NCBI GenBank assembly: GCA_963705705.1
Contig: CAVPKK010000005.1
Coordinates: forward strand, 128,001 to 192,000
Reading direction: 5' to 3'
From: an uncultured bacterium
GTDB taxonomy: Bacteria; Babelota; Babeliae; Babelales; JABCYS01
DNA length: 64,000 bases
Shown here: one piece after another, positions 10,553 through 20,273 of the stretch
Layout: each line of letters begins with the position of its first letter
Numbering within the stretch: the stretch's first letter is position 1
The notes under the pieces: generated by a model
Told to the model about the DNA's origin: nothing
Database searches by the model: none
Seen by the model: the letters and a program-made list of their open reading frames with translations, nothing else
Translations under genes and position numbers: made by a program

Positions 10553-10723
10553 ATAAAATGAATCCTATTAAAGAATGCCCAAGTATCCAAAAAAAATGGC
10601 AGCACAAAAAATTTGTTGCAGTAGCCGATTTTCACCATTAGAAAATGATGTCTTGTACTTCTTTTTAAGAATTGCTATATCTCAATAGGATATCATTTCA
10701 CCCATCTAATTAAGGAGATCGTA

Positions 10724-12586
10724 ATGAATGTGCATCCAACTCAATCATTTATAACCAAAATTAAGGCGGCCAGCCTAGGAATTTTTGCTGCCGTATCACT
10801 ATCAGCAGCAACTCCATGTTGCCCCCCAATAGCTTGTCCAAGAGTCGACATCGAACTATGTCCTGCTTCATTTTGCGTAAAAGAAGAAATTGTTCGTGCT
10901 GCGGCCGGCCTCGGCTGCGGACGCATTATTACCCAATGTGATTTGCCATTAGTGATTACTTGCCCTGGTAAATATTCAGTAGCACAAGATTTAAATTGGG
11001 CACCATCAGGTGCTGGCCAAGCTGGAATTACAGTCGCCGCTAATGATGTAGTCATTGAATTCAATGGCCGGACTTATAAACAAACAGATTCAACACAAGC
11101 AAATTGTATTGGTGTGCTTATCAATCCAAATCTTTTTAATGTTCAATTGTTGAACGGTACGATTGAAAATATATCTATGTGGGGTGTAGTAGCGCTAGGT
11201 GGTTGTCAAGAACTACTTTTTGATAGTATCAACACCTTGTCATGCGGCTATAATGGAATTGATCAGTTTGCACCTGGGTCTTCTGGCGGTCTTGGCATTT
11301 TTAATCAAAATATTGCTGGTCAAACAACAAATCCTGTTATTGATGTGGTCATCAGAAACTGCAATATAAATAATAATTATTCCCCCTTAACTGTCTCAAC
11401 CTATACAGGGCTTAGACCATGCGCAATTTATGGCGGACAACAGGTTCTAATCCAAAATAGCAACTTCAATTCTAATAGCTCAAATTGCAGACCACGTGGT
11501 GCTGGTGTCTATGTTTTGGATGCCACTCATTTTCAGGGACTAACAATTGAAAATTGTAATTTCAATCAAAATCTTGGATTTGGCAATGCAGGTCTGGAAG
11601 CGATCAATCTGAGTAGTGGCAACAGCCTTAAAATTAGTGGGTGCCAATTTTTAGATGGAAATGCTTTTGGAGGTGATGGTGTAGCGACATTGTTCGCCAC
11701 GACAGTAACAAATGCACTCATTGAAAACTGCCTTTTCCAAAACTGGGTAACAGCGCCTTCAGCTTTCCCTGGAGGAGCCGTCGGATTGTTCAGCCAGTTT
11801 TCTAACGAATTTGTAATAAAAAATTGTACAATTCAAAACTATAATGGCACAACTACGCTAGAAGGAGCCGTAGGATTCCTTATTAAGAATGCCAATGACT
11901 TTTATTTTGAAGATTGCCAGGTTCAGGATCTTGTGGGCTCTGGTGATACTGCAGGTGTCCAAGGCTGGGATATTCAAGATGCTAGGGGTGTACAAGGATC
12001 TTCACGCGTAACACTTAGGAATTGCCTGGCGCAGAATATTGCAAATGGTTCAACGGTCTTTGATCCCGAATTCAGTATTTCAGCAGGCTTTTCAGCAGAA
12101 CTTTTTGATAATGCAGCGGCGATCAACTCAAATATCGTTTTCGATAACTGCATTGCACAAGATGTGTCATTCACGGGCTCTCCAAGCCTTGCGCGCGGAT
12201 TTGATATTAGGGGCACCAATGGAGCCTTGGTTACTGATTGTATAAGTATGGGCAATGTTATCGGATTTGCTCTTGATAATACTGTTGGCCTAGGCCCAAA
12301 TCCAATTGCTGCAAGCCATGTGACTATCAAGGATTGCTTCGCCCTTAATAATACTGGCGTAGGGTTTCTAGATAATTCTACTAATGGGAATAACGTCTTG
12401 TATGGTAACTATGCCTATAACCCAGGCTCTACTGGTGGAAACTATAGTGGCAATGATGCCGGTGAATTTGGTCTGCATTTAGGCACACCAATTAGAACAT
12501 GGTCGTTTATTGCTGGTCAACAACCAGATCCAACGACCGATGCTGGCAATCCAGTATCTAGCCTAGATAACATCAACGTTGTTTAA
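10724..12586 (+). CDS. Secreted Cys-rich right-handed beta-helix protein, tandem copy 2
   Basis: Same length (620 aa) as copy 1; near-identical N- and C-termini and upstream 55 bp. Confidence 0.75.
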   Translation: MNVHPTQSFITKIKAASLGIFAAVSLSAATPCCPPIACPRVDIELCPASFCVKEEIVRAAAGLGCGRIITQCDLPLVITCPGKYSVAQDLNWAPSGAGQAGITVAANDVVIEFNGRTYKQTDSTQANCIGVLINPNLFNVQLLNGTIENISMWGVVALGGCQELLFDSINTLSCGYNGIDQFAPGSSGGLGIFNQNIAGQTTNPVIDVVIRNCNINNNYSPLTVSTYTGLRPCAIYGGQQVLIQNSNFNSNSSNCRPRGAGVYVLDATHFQGLTIENCNFNQNLGFGNAGLEAINLSSGNSLKISGCQFLDGNAFGGDGVATLFATTVTNALIENCLFQNWVTAPSAFPGGAVGLFSQFSNEFVIKNCTIQNYNGTTTLEGAVGFLIKNANDFYFEDCQVQDLVGSGDTAGVQGWDIQDARGVQGSSRVTLRNCLAQNIANGSTVFDPEFSISAGFSAELFDNAAAINSNIVFDNCIAQDVSFTGSPSLARGFDIRGTNGALVTDCISMGNVIGFALDNTVGLGPNPIAASHVTIKDCFALNNTGVGFLDNSTNGNNVLYGNYAYNPGSTGGNYSGNDAGEFGLHLGTPIRTWSFIAGQQPDPTTDAGNPVSSLDNINVV

Positions 12587-12614
12587 AATAATTTAGGTTA
12601 TTTTTTAGCAGAGT

Positions 12615-12646
12615 AGGCCTGGTTTAAACAACCAGGCCTTTCTTTT
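12615..12646 (+). terminator. Rho-independent terminator
   Basis: AGGCCTGGTT-TAAAC-AACCAGGCCT followed by TTCTTTT. Confidence 0.7.
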
Positions 12647-13817
12647 ATAGTGGCAATTTTTGCAGCAGATTTGCATTAAACTTCTTGGCGCGCTGTTCCA
12701 TTTCCTTCAAGCTCAACAAACCTTCTTTAGTATCCATATGAGAAATGACCGATGTTGCATTCGCGATGCCGTAGCGAATGGCTTGTTCTACCCTTCGACC
12801 GGGCTCAGGATGAGCGGAATTCATGAAATAACATCCAACGAAGGCAGAGCCAAAGGCATCGCCAGCTCCCACAGTATTAATAACTTTTACGTTTGCACTT
12901 GGATGGAAATAGATCGTATCTTGTGTGGCTGCGTAAACCCCTTCTGCGCCATTAGTAACAACTACCACTTTGGGGCCAAGACGAAGAACTGCTTGGAAAA
13001 AATGATCAAGTTGGAACCATAAATCTTCGACATTAATGGAGTCGCTAAGCAATGATGGTAACGGGTTACTAGTTTTTAATCGCCGCTTAGATCCTTCGAT
13101 AAACTCAGGATGAGCGGCTTTACCCTTAGCTTTTTTAGTGTTTGCTTCCAAAGTTTTTGCTTGCGCTAAAGAAAGCATAAACATTTTGGCTTCGGCGCTA
13201 TTCATAATTAACACGTCAACATATTTCAGCGATTCACGCAATATTGGCGCACCGGCAACTAATTGGCTGCCGCCCGGATTTGTAGCAATAGGAACGTTGT
13301 GCTTATGCGCATGTTGGACAATGGGTAAAAGGAGTTGTGAAGAGTCGCCACTTAATGAAGTGATATATAACAAATCTGATTTATCAATTTGATCAAAGGG
13401 CACTTCCTTTAAAGACATTTGTGTATTAATGCCTCGCATGGCCATTATGACGCGATCACGTTCAAGTGAGGGGATGATGAAAGAAATTCCGGTTTGTCCG
13501 CCCTTGGTACAATCTAGGTGTTTTATAGAAACACCTTCTTTTTTTAATTGATTCAGCACAAATTGGCCTGCGGCATCGTCGCCAATTTTGATGAAGGTGG
13601 AAGTATCGAAGTCCATACGATTAAACGAAATGGCGGTGTTTACAGCACCGCCACCCGATGAGTATAAGACATCTTGTACTTCTATTTTGGCTCCCTCTTG
13701 AAGCAGGAGATAAGATTGCGTTCCTTTGGCAGTTTGCAAGCGCATTGTTTCCGCGTTTGCGTAGCGGATATAAATGTCTTGTGTTGCGCCGCCGATGGTT
13801 AAAACTTTTTTTGCCAC
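12645..13817 (-). CDS. PfkB/ribokinase-family carbohydrate kinase with two in-frame repeat insertions
   Basis: GGGAVNTA, IGDDAAG, VVVTNGAEG, NTVGAGDAF signature. Confidence 0.9.
   Translation of the reverse strand: MAKKVLTIGGATQDIYIRYANAETMRLQTAKGTQSYLLLQEGAKIEVQDVLYSSGGGAVNTAISFNRMDFDTSTFIKIGDDAAGQFVLNQLKKEGVSIKHLDCTKGGQTGISFIIPSLERDRVIMAMRGINTQMSLKEVPFDQIDKSDLLYITSLSGDSSQLLLPIVQHAHKHNVPIATNPGGSQLVAGAPILRESLKYVDVLIMNSAEAKMFMLSLAQAKTLEANTKKAKGKAAHPEFIEGSKRRLKTSNPLPSLLSDSINVEDLWFQLDHFFQAVLRLGPKVVVVTNGAEGVYAATQDTIYFHPSANVKVINTVGAGDAFGSAFVGCYFMNSAHPEPGRRVEQAIRYGIANATSVISHMDTKEGLLSLKEMEQRAKKFNANLLQKLPL
12791..12817 (-). repeat. Repeat copy in frame in PfkB kinase (AHPEPGRRV)
   Basis: Reverse complement CCGCTCATCCTGAGCCCGGTCGAAGGG. 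Confidence 0.8.
13082..13118 (-). repeat. Repeat copy in frame in PfkB kinase (AAHPEFIEGSKR)
   Basis: Reverse complement GCCGCTCATCCTGAGTTTATCGAAGGATCTAAGCGGC. Confidence 0.9.
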
Positions 13818-13876
13818 CTATGCGCCTTTCAAGGGAATTAAAATTTTATTTTGCATTCTGATCATTATGCGGTTGT

Positions 13877-13987
13877 CGCGCTTTATCCTTCGATCCTTCG
13901 AGGGGCCTCAGGAGTGAACCCTTCGACAGTAATTTGAGTATCGAAGGCCTTTAGGTCTGAGCTTGTCGAAGACTCAGGATGAGCGCG
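13877..13987 (-). repeat. 111-bp multi-hairpin composite repeat, intergenic
   Basis: Reverse complement is colinear with 42622-42732 (GCTCATCCTGAGTCTTCGAC..CTCAGACCTAAAGGCCTTCGATA..GTCGAAGGGTTCACTCCTGAG..TCGAAGGATCGAAGGAT..AGCGCG). Confidence 0.88.
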
Positions 13988-14121
13988 GTCAGGCTTGCTA
14001 TCGAAGTACAATATTGAATCCTCAGCACCCCGTTGTGATGATCATTCTGTGTTTTAGTCACACAAAAAGATATCACAGTTTACTGCCTACAATGATAACG
14101 ATTGTACACCGGGTCAAGGGT

Positions 14122-16536
14122 CTAAGACCCTTGTTTTTTTGCTTCGTAAACGGCTGCTTTGCGTGACCATGAAGAACCCGTAGGTTTAGGTGATTCGACT
14201 GGTTTAAGCACGTGCTTAATGACTTCATCAGCATGGTCAACCCAAATCACGTTCATGTTTTGCGCAACTTCTTCCAAGCCAATTAAATCATTCTTATTCT
14301 TGGTTGGGAAGATAACATTCAGCACGCCGTTACGTTTTGCAGCAAGAAGCTTTTCTTTAAGTCCGCCGATTGGCATTACATCGCCGCGCAGATTCAATTC
14401 GCCTGTCATTGCATATTGTGAATTTAATGCCCGACCGGTGAGCGCAGATAATATCGAAGAAAGCATGGTAATACCAGCCGAAGGCCCATCTTTAGGAACT
14501 GCACCCGCTGGCACGTGAATGTGCAAGTCGGTTGAGCTAAAGATCTTGTCTAGGATATTGAACTCTTTAGCGTGTGCACGAGCATAACTCAAGGCAGCCT
14601 GTGCCGACTCTTTCATTACGTTACCGAGCTGGCCGGTGAGAATCAAACGACCCTTACCTGGCATAAGCACCGCTTCAATCTTAAGCATTTCTCCGCCATA
14701 TGCCGTCCATGCAAGACCATTGGCAATTCCAACTTGATCCTTGTGGTTAGCATCATCGGCGACAAATTTTTGTGGGCCAAGTAATCGTTCAACAGTTTCA
14801 ATGTTGAAATCCACAAGTCTATGTTCTTCAACTAATGTTCGCGCTGCTTTTTGGAACAATTTGCGAATAGTTCTATCAAGCTGCCGCACCCCAGACTCGC
14901 GGGTATAATTGCTTACGATTGCGCGGACAACATCCATTTCAACTTTAACTGGATGCTTATCAAGGCCGCAATCAGCAATGGCGCGTTGCACAAGATAATC
15001 ATTAGCAATATGAACCTTTTCATCTTCGGTGTAACCAGAAAGTGTGATCACTTCCATACGGTCACGCAGTGGATCGGAGATGTTTTCAATATTATTAGCC
15101 GTTGCGATAAAGATTACCTTAGACAAGTCGAATGGTACGCCAAGGTAATTATCGTAGAAGGCCTTATTTTGTTGCGGATCCAATACTTCCAACATTGCTG
15201 CTGACGGATCGCCGCGGAAGTCTGAACCGATTTTATCTATTTCATCTATGATCATTACAGGATTTAATGAACCTGCTTTGCGAATACCTTGAATAAAACG
15301 GCCTGGCATAGCACCGACATAGGTTCGACGGTGACCGCGTATTTCCGCTTCATCTTTTACACCACCCAATGATATGCGGATGAATTCTCGGCCAAGGGCT
15401 CGGGCAATTGATTTACCAAGAGAGGTTTTACCCACACCTGGCGGACCAGAAAAACATAATATTGGAGCATAACCATCTTGTTTAAGATTACGAATGGATA
15501 TGAAGTCCAGAATACGATCTTTGATCTCTTTTAATCCATAATGATCAGCATCAAGTACTTGTTTAGCATTTAGGATGTCAAGATTGTCCTGAGTCTCTTT
15601 ATTCCATGGCATCGCAAAAATCCAATCAAGGTAATTGCGTGTAACGGTTGCTTCCATAGAATCGGAAGACATACGCTCAAGACGATTTATTTGACGACCA
15701 GCCTCGGTGCGCACTTCATCTGGAATTTGAAGTTTTGCTAGTTTGTCGCGCATTGCTTCAATTTCTTCTGCCTCATCATCACCAAGTTCTTTCTTGATGG
15801 CTCGCAGTTGTTCGCGCAGGTAGTATTCCTTTTGCGACTTATTCATAGAATCGCGAGCGTTGGTCTTGATGCGTTCTTGTACTTCGGCAACTTCAATTTC
15901 TTGGCTCAATTGGTTGAAAATCTCAGCCAAAAATTCTTTTTGACTGCCGGTTTCCAATAGCTCTTGAGCTCGTTCGACTGAAAGGTTTAAATGAGAAAGC
16001 ACAAAGTCGGCAATTTTTTCCGGATCTTGGATCTTGGATAAGATCACATGGAAATCCGGGCTGAATGATTGACCAGAGGCAGCCATTTTTTCTGCCAACT
16101 CTTTAATATTCTTAATTTGTGCAGACAATTCCGGATCATCGGTGTTTGCTGCAAACGGTACTTCTTTTACCGTAGCGCTGAGCATTTCGTCATTCGCTTG
16201 CAAATCTTGCACGCGAGCCTTGGAAATACCTTGCACTAAAATCTTTACCCCACCTTCTGGTATTTTGATCAAGCGCATAATGGATGCCACAGTACCCATA
16301 CTATACAGGTCCTGTGTTCCTATGGCGCCTTGATAATCGGCAACTTGTTTTTTAGCTGCGAGAAGCAGCACAAGCTTTGAGCCATCAAGTGCTTTATTAA
16401 TGCCCTTGATGATTCTCTCATCCAATACAAGCAGTGGAACGATCATATGAGGAAAGACTACGACATCCATCGTTGGGATGACCGGTAGTGACTTTGGGAT
16501 AAGATCGTTTACAGTTTTTGGTGTTCCGCTCTTCAT
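14122..16536 (-). CDS. lon: ATP-dependent protease Lon
   Basis: VVFPHM N-domain, GPPGVGKT, RGHRRTYVGAMPG, PKDGPSAG; ATG 16536 follows AGGGGAG. Confidence 0.97.
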   Translation of the reverse strand: MKSGTPKTVNDLIPKSLPVIPTMDVVVFPHMIVPLLVLDERIIKGINKALDGSKLVLLLAAKKQVADYQGAIGTQDLYSMGTVASIMRLIKIPEGGVKILVQGISKARVQDLQANDEMLSATVKEVPFAANTDDPELSAQIKNIKELAEKMAASGQSFSPDFHVILSKIQDPEKIADFVLSHLNLSVERAQELLETGSQKEFLAEIFNQLSQEIEVAEVQERIKTNARDSMNKSQKEYYLREQLRAIKKELGDDEAEEIEAMRDKLAKLQIPDEVRTEAGRQINRLERMSSDSMEATVTRNYLDWIFAMPWNKETQDNLDILNAKQVLDADHYGLKEIKDRILDFISIRNLKQDGYAPILCFSGPPGVGKTSLGKSIARALGREFIRISLGGVKDEAEIRGHRRTYVGAMPGRFIQGIRKAGSLNPVMIIDEIDKIGSDFRGDPSAAMLEVLDPQQNKAFYDNYLGVPFDLSKVIFIATANNIENISDPLRDRMEVITLSGYTEDEKVHIANDYLVQRAIADCGLDKHPVKVEMDVVRAIVSNYTRESGVRQLDRTIRKLFQKAARTLVEEHRLVDFNIETVERLLGPQKFVADDANHKDQVGIANGLAWTAYGGEMLKIEAVLMPGKGRLILTGQLGNVMKESAQAALSYARAHAKEFNILDKIFSSTDLHIHVPAGAVPKDGPSAGITMLSSILSALTGRALNSQYAMTGELNLRGDVMPIGGLKEKLLAAKRNGVLNVIFPTKNKNDLIGLEEVAQNMNVIWVDHADEVIKHVLKPVESPKPTGSSWSRKAAVYEAKKQGS

Positions 16537-16688
16537 AAGCTCCCCTTTTTTATTTTTTGTGGGTCTCCAGCTCATCGTCTGGTTTGCTGACCCCTTTACA
16601 TGACTAAGTCTAGAAAAAGGGTTACTCGAAAAACAAGACTTGGAAATGTGGTGTTAGGCTTTTACCTGGAAAAAGCTACTCTATATGC

Positions 16689-17522
16689 ATGCAACCGATC
16701 ATGTTAACAAACGAGTTATGGCATTCCATGATGGCAGATAAGTTAACCGTAATTGATCTATATAAGAGTTTTATGCAAGGTTCCCAGCCTGTTGAAGTGC
16801 TTCAGGGGATCTCAATTACCTTTGAGCAGGGGAAAACTTATGCTATTACTGGCATTTCTGGCTCTGGCAAATCTACTTTTTTGCATCTAATAGGTGGGCT
16901 GGATAAGCCTACATCGGGCGAAATCAGTTTGACGATCGCGTCCGCCGACGCCCAATTTACTCATGAGATTGAGTTAAGATCCGCTCATCCTGAGTTGATC
17001 AATTCTGGGGCCCCCGAAACTCGGGTTCCCTCTCAGGGTGAGTTTGGGGTAAAAGGATCAGAGCGGAAAAAGGGCTTTGTCGGACAAACCAATGCTGAAG
17101 GCCTTGGTTTGGTTTTTCAACAGCCATATCTGATTCGTGAACTTACTGTATTGGAAAATGTGATGCTCAAAGGCCTCATCGCTGGCAGAGCCAAAAGTGA
17201 ATGTGAGGCTGAGGCCGCTGAGTTGTTGGAGGCAGTAGGTATTGCCGATAAACGAGATGCATACCCGCGTATGCTATCCGGTGGTCAGCAGCAGCGCGCA
17301 GCAATTGCGCGTGCGCTATTTGATCACCCACACTTTTTATTGGCTGATGAACCAACCGGATCATTGGATGAAGACACGGGAAAGAAAATCATAGATCTTT
17401 TAGTGACGTTGAGTAAAAAGTGGCATATGGGATTAATAATTAGTTCACATGATCCATATGTTGCGCAAAAAATGGAAGAGGTTTGGGTCATGCATCACGG
17501 GAAATTGAATAGGAAAATTTGA
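16689..17522 (+). CDS. lolD: LolD-like ABC ATPase with in-frame repeat insertion (start may be 16728-16731)
   Basis: GISGSGKST, LSGGQQQR, LADEPTGSLD, SHD. Confidence 0.75.
   Translation: MQPIMLTNELWHSMMADKLTVIDLYKSFMQGSQPVEVLQGISITFEQGKTYAITGISGSGKSTFLHLIGGLDKPTSGEISLTIASADAQFTHEIELRSAHPELINSGAPETRVPSQGEFGVKGSERKKGFVGQTNAEGLGLVFQQPYLIRELTVLENVMLKGLIAGRAKSECEAEAAELLEAVGIADKRDAYPRMLSGGQQQRAAIARALFDHPHFLLADEPTGSLDEDTGKKIIDLLVTLSKKWHMGLIISSHDPYVAQKMEEVWVMHHGKLNRKI
16981..17066 (+). repeat. Composite palindromic repeat in frame in the LolD-like ATPase
   Basis: Encodes AHPELINSGAPETRVPSQGEFGVKGSER; same composite as 4847-4934. Confidence 0.9.
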
Positions 17523-19156
17523 GGTACAACATGCAAATACAACCGCAAAGAACTCAAAAACCAATATTTCCACCTGAGCAGCCAAAGCAGGCAGAGCGGA
17601 TGCACACGCGTTCGATTCTGGCCAAGGCATTCCAGGTTGGTAGCTCTACCGTACTGAGTCGTGGCCTTGCGCTGGTGCGAGATAAATTACTTATCCAGTA
17701 CATGGGCACGGGGCTTGTGCAGGATGCTTTTCGGGTGGCATTTAAATTGCCAAATACCTTACGGCAGATCTTTGCTGAGGGTGCGTTGAGTCCTGTTGTG
17801 GTCCCAAGTATTGTTAAGCTGGAGCGGACTGGCGAGCGTGAGCAAGTGAACGGGCTCATGACATTATCGTTGCTTATATTCGAAGGCACTGTATCAGTTC
17901 TTTGTATCGCAGCATTTATATGGTCACCAACGGTGATTGGTTTGACGGCGCCGGGTTGGGGCGGTGATCAAGCATTATTGGCCGCTCGTCTCTTACGTAT
18001 TTTAGTTTCATACATTTTCTTCATTTCATGTAATTCATTGTTTGCAGGTGCGCTGCAGGCGGTGCATCACTTTCTTATTCCTGCGCTCACACCGGCCATC
18101 AATAATGTTTGCTTTATCGGCGGATTGGCAATATGCATGTTTTTTCAGCTACCGATCGAATATTTTTGTTTGTTCGTTCTCTTGGGTGGCTTTGTGCAAT
18201 TTGTGTTGCATTTAGGCATGTATTTAAAACTTGGGTTTCGATTCGGTTACATTACGCCGTTGACCTGGGTGCAATTCCGTCCAGTGATGGGAAAGTTTAT
18301 ACCGGCTATGATGAGCGGCGGCATGATGCAGCTGAGCTCGTTAGTCGATACCTATTATGCTTCATATCTCTTGGCTGGGTCAATCACGATTTTGGATCTC
18401 GCTTCCGGCTTTATGCGAATCCCATTAGGCATGATCGGTGTGGCCCTTTCGACCATTCTCTTATCTCATTTTTCACGCGTGGTTTTGTATGCACCAAAGC
18501 GTTTAAGCTTTTATTTGCTTGAATCGGCTAAGTTTATTCTGTGGCTCACGCTACCAATCATCTTGAGCATGATGCTGTTTTCGGAAAAAATCTTTTTAAC
18601 GCTGTACCATTCAGATAAATTTTCTATGATCCAAGTGACCGAAGCTGCCTTAGTGCTCAATGCATTTTTATTCGGCCTATTTTTCCATTCACTCAATAAG
18701 GTGCTTTTGAGTGTCTATTATGCCGCGCATCAGGTATGGATTCCGGCAGTGATAACATCCGTAGCTTTGGCGGTTAATATCATGCTTTGCAAATGGTGGG
18801 TGATGACTTTCCATGCCAAGGGATTGGCAATTGCTACTTCTGTTTCTGCGGCATTCCAGGCCATCTTTTTCATTGCGATGCTTAAATGGAAATTTAATTT
18901 CAAAATTTATGCGGGTGTATTTGGTATGTTTGTGATGCAGTATGTCTTGCAACTTCTTTTGGTTGGTGCTGGTTTTCTGGCCATATACCAGGCTTTACTA
19001 CTGCTCATAGATCGATTGCCTCAACAAATTGCCTTGCTGCTTACAACGTCGCTTCTTTTCTGGGGTTGGGTCTTGCCTTTGATGGCAGTTGCCGGTTATG
19101 TTCTTTACAGGACGCGGGATATTTTTAATATCCGCTTACATTTTGTAAAAGATTAG
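17519..19156 (+). CDS. murJ: Lipid II flippase MurJ/MviN (start uncertain)
   Basis: SRGLALVRD, DAFRVAFKLPNTLRQIFAEGA, GLAIATS; many TM helices. Confidence 0.93.
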   Translation: MRYNMQIQPQRTQKPIFPPEQPKQAERMHTRSILAKAFQVGSSTVLSRGLALVRDKLLIQYMGTGLVQDAFRVAFKLPNTLRQIFAEGALSPVVVPSIVKLERTGEREQVNGLMTLSLLIFEGTVSVLCIAAFIWSPTVIGLTAPGWGGDQALLAARLLRILVSYIFFISCNSLFAGALQAVHHFLIPALTPAINNVCFIGGLAICMFFQLPIEYFCLFVLLGGFVQFVLHLGMYLKLGFRFGYITPLTWVQFRPVMGKFIPAMMSGGMMQLSSLVDTYYASYLLAGSITILDLASGFMRIPLGMIGVALSTILLSHFSRVVLYAPKRLSFYLLESAKFILWLTLPIILSMMLFSEKIFLTLYHSDKFSMIQVTEAALVLNAFLFGLFFHSLNKVLLSVYYAAHQVWIPAVITSVALAVNIMLCKWWVMTFHAKGLAIATSVSAAFQAIFFIAMLKWKFNFKIYAGVFGMFVMQYVLQLLLVGAGFLAIYQALLLLIDRLPQQIALLLTTSLLFWGWVLPLMAVAGYVLYRTRDIFNIRLHFVKD

Positions 19157-19193
19157 GCATTCAAGTTTATTTCCGGAATTGGAGTAGTTAGTC

Positions 19194-19610
19194 GTGAAGC
19201 ATGAATTTTCAGCCGGAGTTATTGTCTTTTATCAGGGAAAAAATGGTCTTGAGTTTTTACTGATTTACGCAAAAATGACCAACTATTGGGGCTTTCCTAA
19301 GGGCAAAATCGAAAAAGGCGAAAGCAAGTATGATGCAGCCATTCGTGAAACCAAGGAAGAAACCGGCCTGGATGTAAAACTTATCCCACCATTTGAGCAT
19401 ACGATTTCTTATTTTTTTAGAGATAAAAAAGCCATGCTTATCAAGAAAATGGTCTACTTCTTTATCGGGCAAGCCACCAGCAAGCAAATTACCTTATCTC
19501 GCGAGCATGATGAGTTTGTATGGTTACCCTATGCCGAAGCACGCGCCAAGATAACCTATGATAATGATAGCGAAGCCTTCGAGCGCGCTGTCGCATTTCT
19601 GAAGGAATGA
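19194..19610 (+). CDS. Nudix hydrolase, asymmetric Ap4A hydrolase-like
   Basis: SAG, WGFPKGKIEKGESKYDAAIRETKEETGL Nudix box, LSREH. Confidence 0.88.
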   Translation: MKHEFSAGVIVFYQGKNGLEFLLIYAKMTNYWGFPKGKIEKGESKYDAAIRETKEETGLDVKLIPPFEHTISYFFRDKKAMLIKKMVYFFIGQATSKQITLSREHDEFVWLPYAEARAKITYDNDSEAFERAVAFLKE

Positions 19611-19637
19611 GAATCCAAAATCGGTAGTTTTTCCAGC

Positions 19638-19665
19638 AAAAAAGGCCCAGTTGATAACGGGCCTT
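19638..19665. terminator. Terminator between convergent genes
   Basis: A6-GGCCC...GGGCCTT hairpin; T-tail on the minus strand. Confidence 0.6.
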
Positions 19666-19686
19666 CAGTTTTGCTGTAATCAGTAC

Positions 19687-20046
19687 TTATTGTTTTATTT
19701 CAGCTATATCATGCCGAATGGTACCGAGCTCTGTATCTATGGCCAAAAGCTCTTCCCATAGGCTTTCGATAAGCTCCATGAAGAGGCCAGCCTGTTGCTG
19801 TGTTTTCAGTTCTTCTGCATTGTTGGGGCTTGTGGGTTTAAAAGCTTCTTCGGCCACAGACATTACCTTTTTGAAATTTTTCGATCTTTGTATTCGCTCT
19901 GCTCTTCTAGCCAGTAGCGATTCCTTAATGGGTTCCTTCGCTGAGGACTTTTGAGTTGATTCGCTCATTGGGGCAGAAGAGTTAGCGCAGATGTTGCCGC
20001 TCATGATCAGGCCTATTGATAATAAAAATAGTGCATTTTTCTTCAT
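19687..20046 (-). CDS. Hypothetical secreted helical protein
   Basis: MKK-type signal peptide, coiled-coil-like C-terminus. Confidence 0.7.
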   Translation of the reverse strand: MKKNALFLLSIGLIMSGNICANSSAPMSESTQKSSAKEPIKESLLARRAERIQRSKNFKKVMSVAEEAFKPTSPNNAEELKTQQQAGLFMELIESLWEELLAIDTELGTIRHDIAEIKQ

Positions 20047-20273
20047 TTAGTCTCTTTCTTTAGTTAATTGCGTTAATTAAAATATTTATTTCCAATGCTA
20101 ATTGTAATATTGGAATAGAGACAAAAGCAAGAGTTTGTGGAAAAATCTGCCATGATGTGTAGCAGTGCTGTGCCTATTGTTTTAACAATAAAACTTATTA
20201 CGTAGAGCCGATTGGTTTTTGCCGATCAAACCCCTTAAGCTTGTTGTTATTGCAACATTGTTGAGGGTTATGC

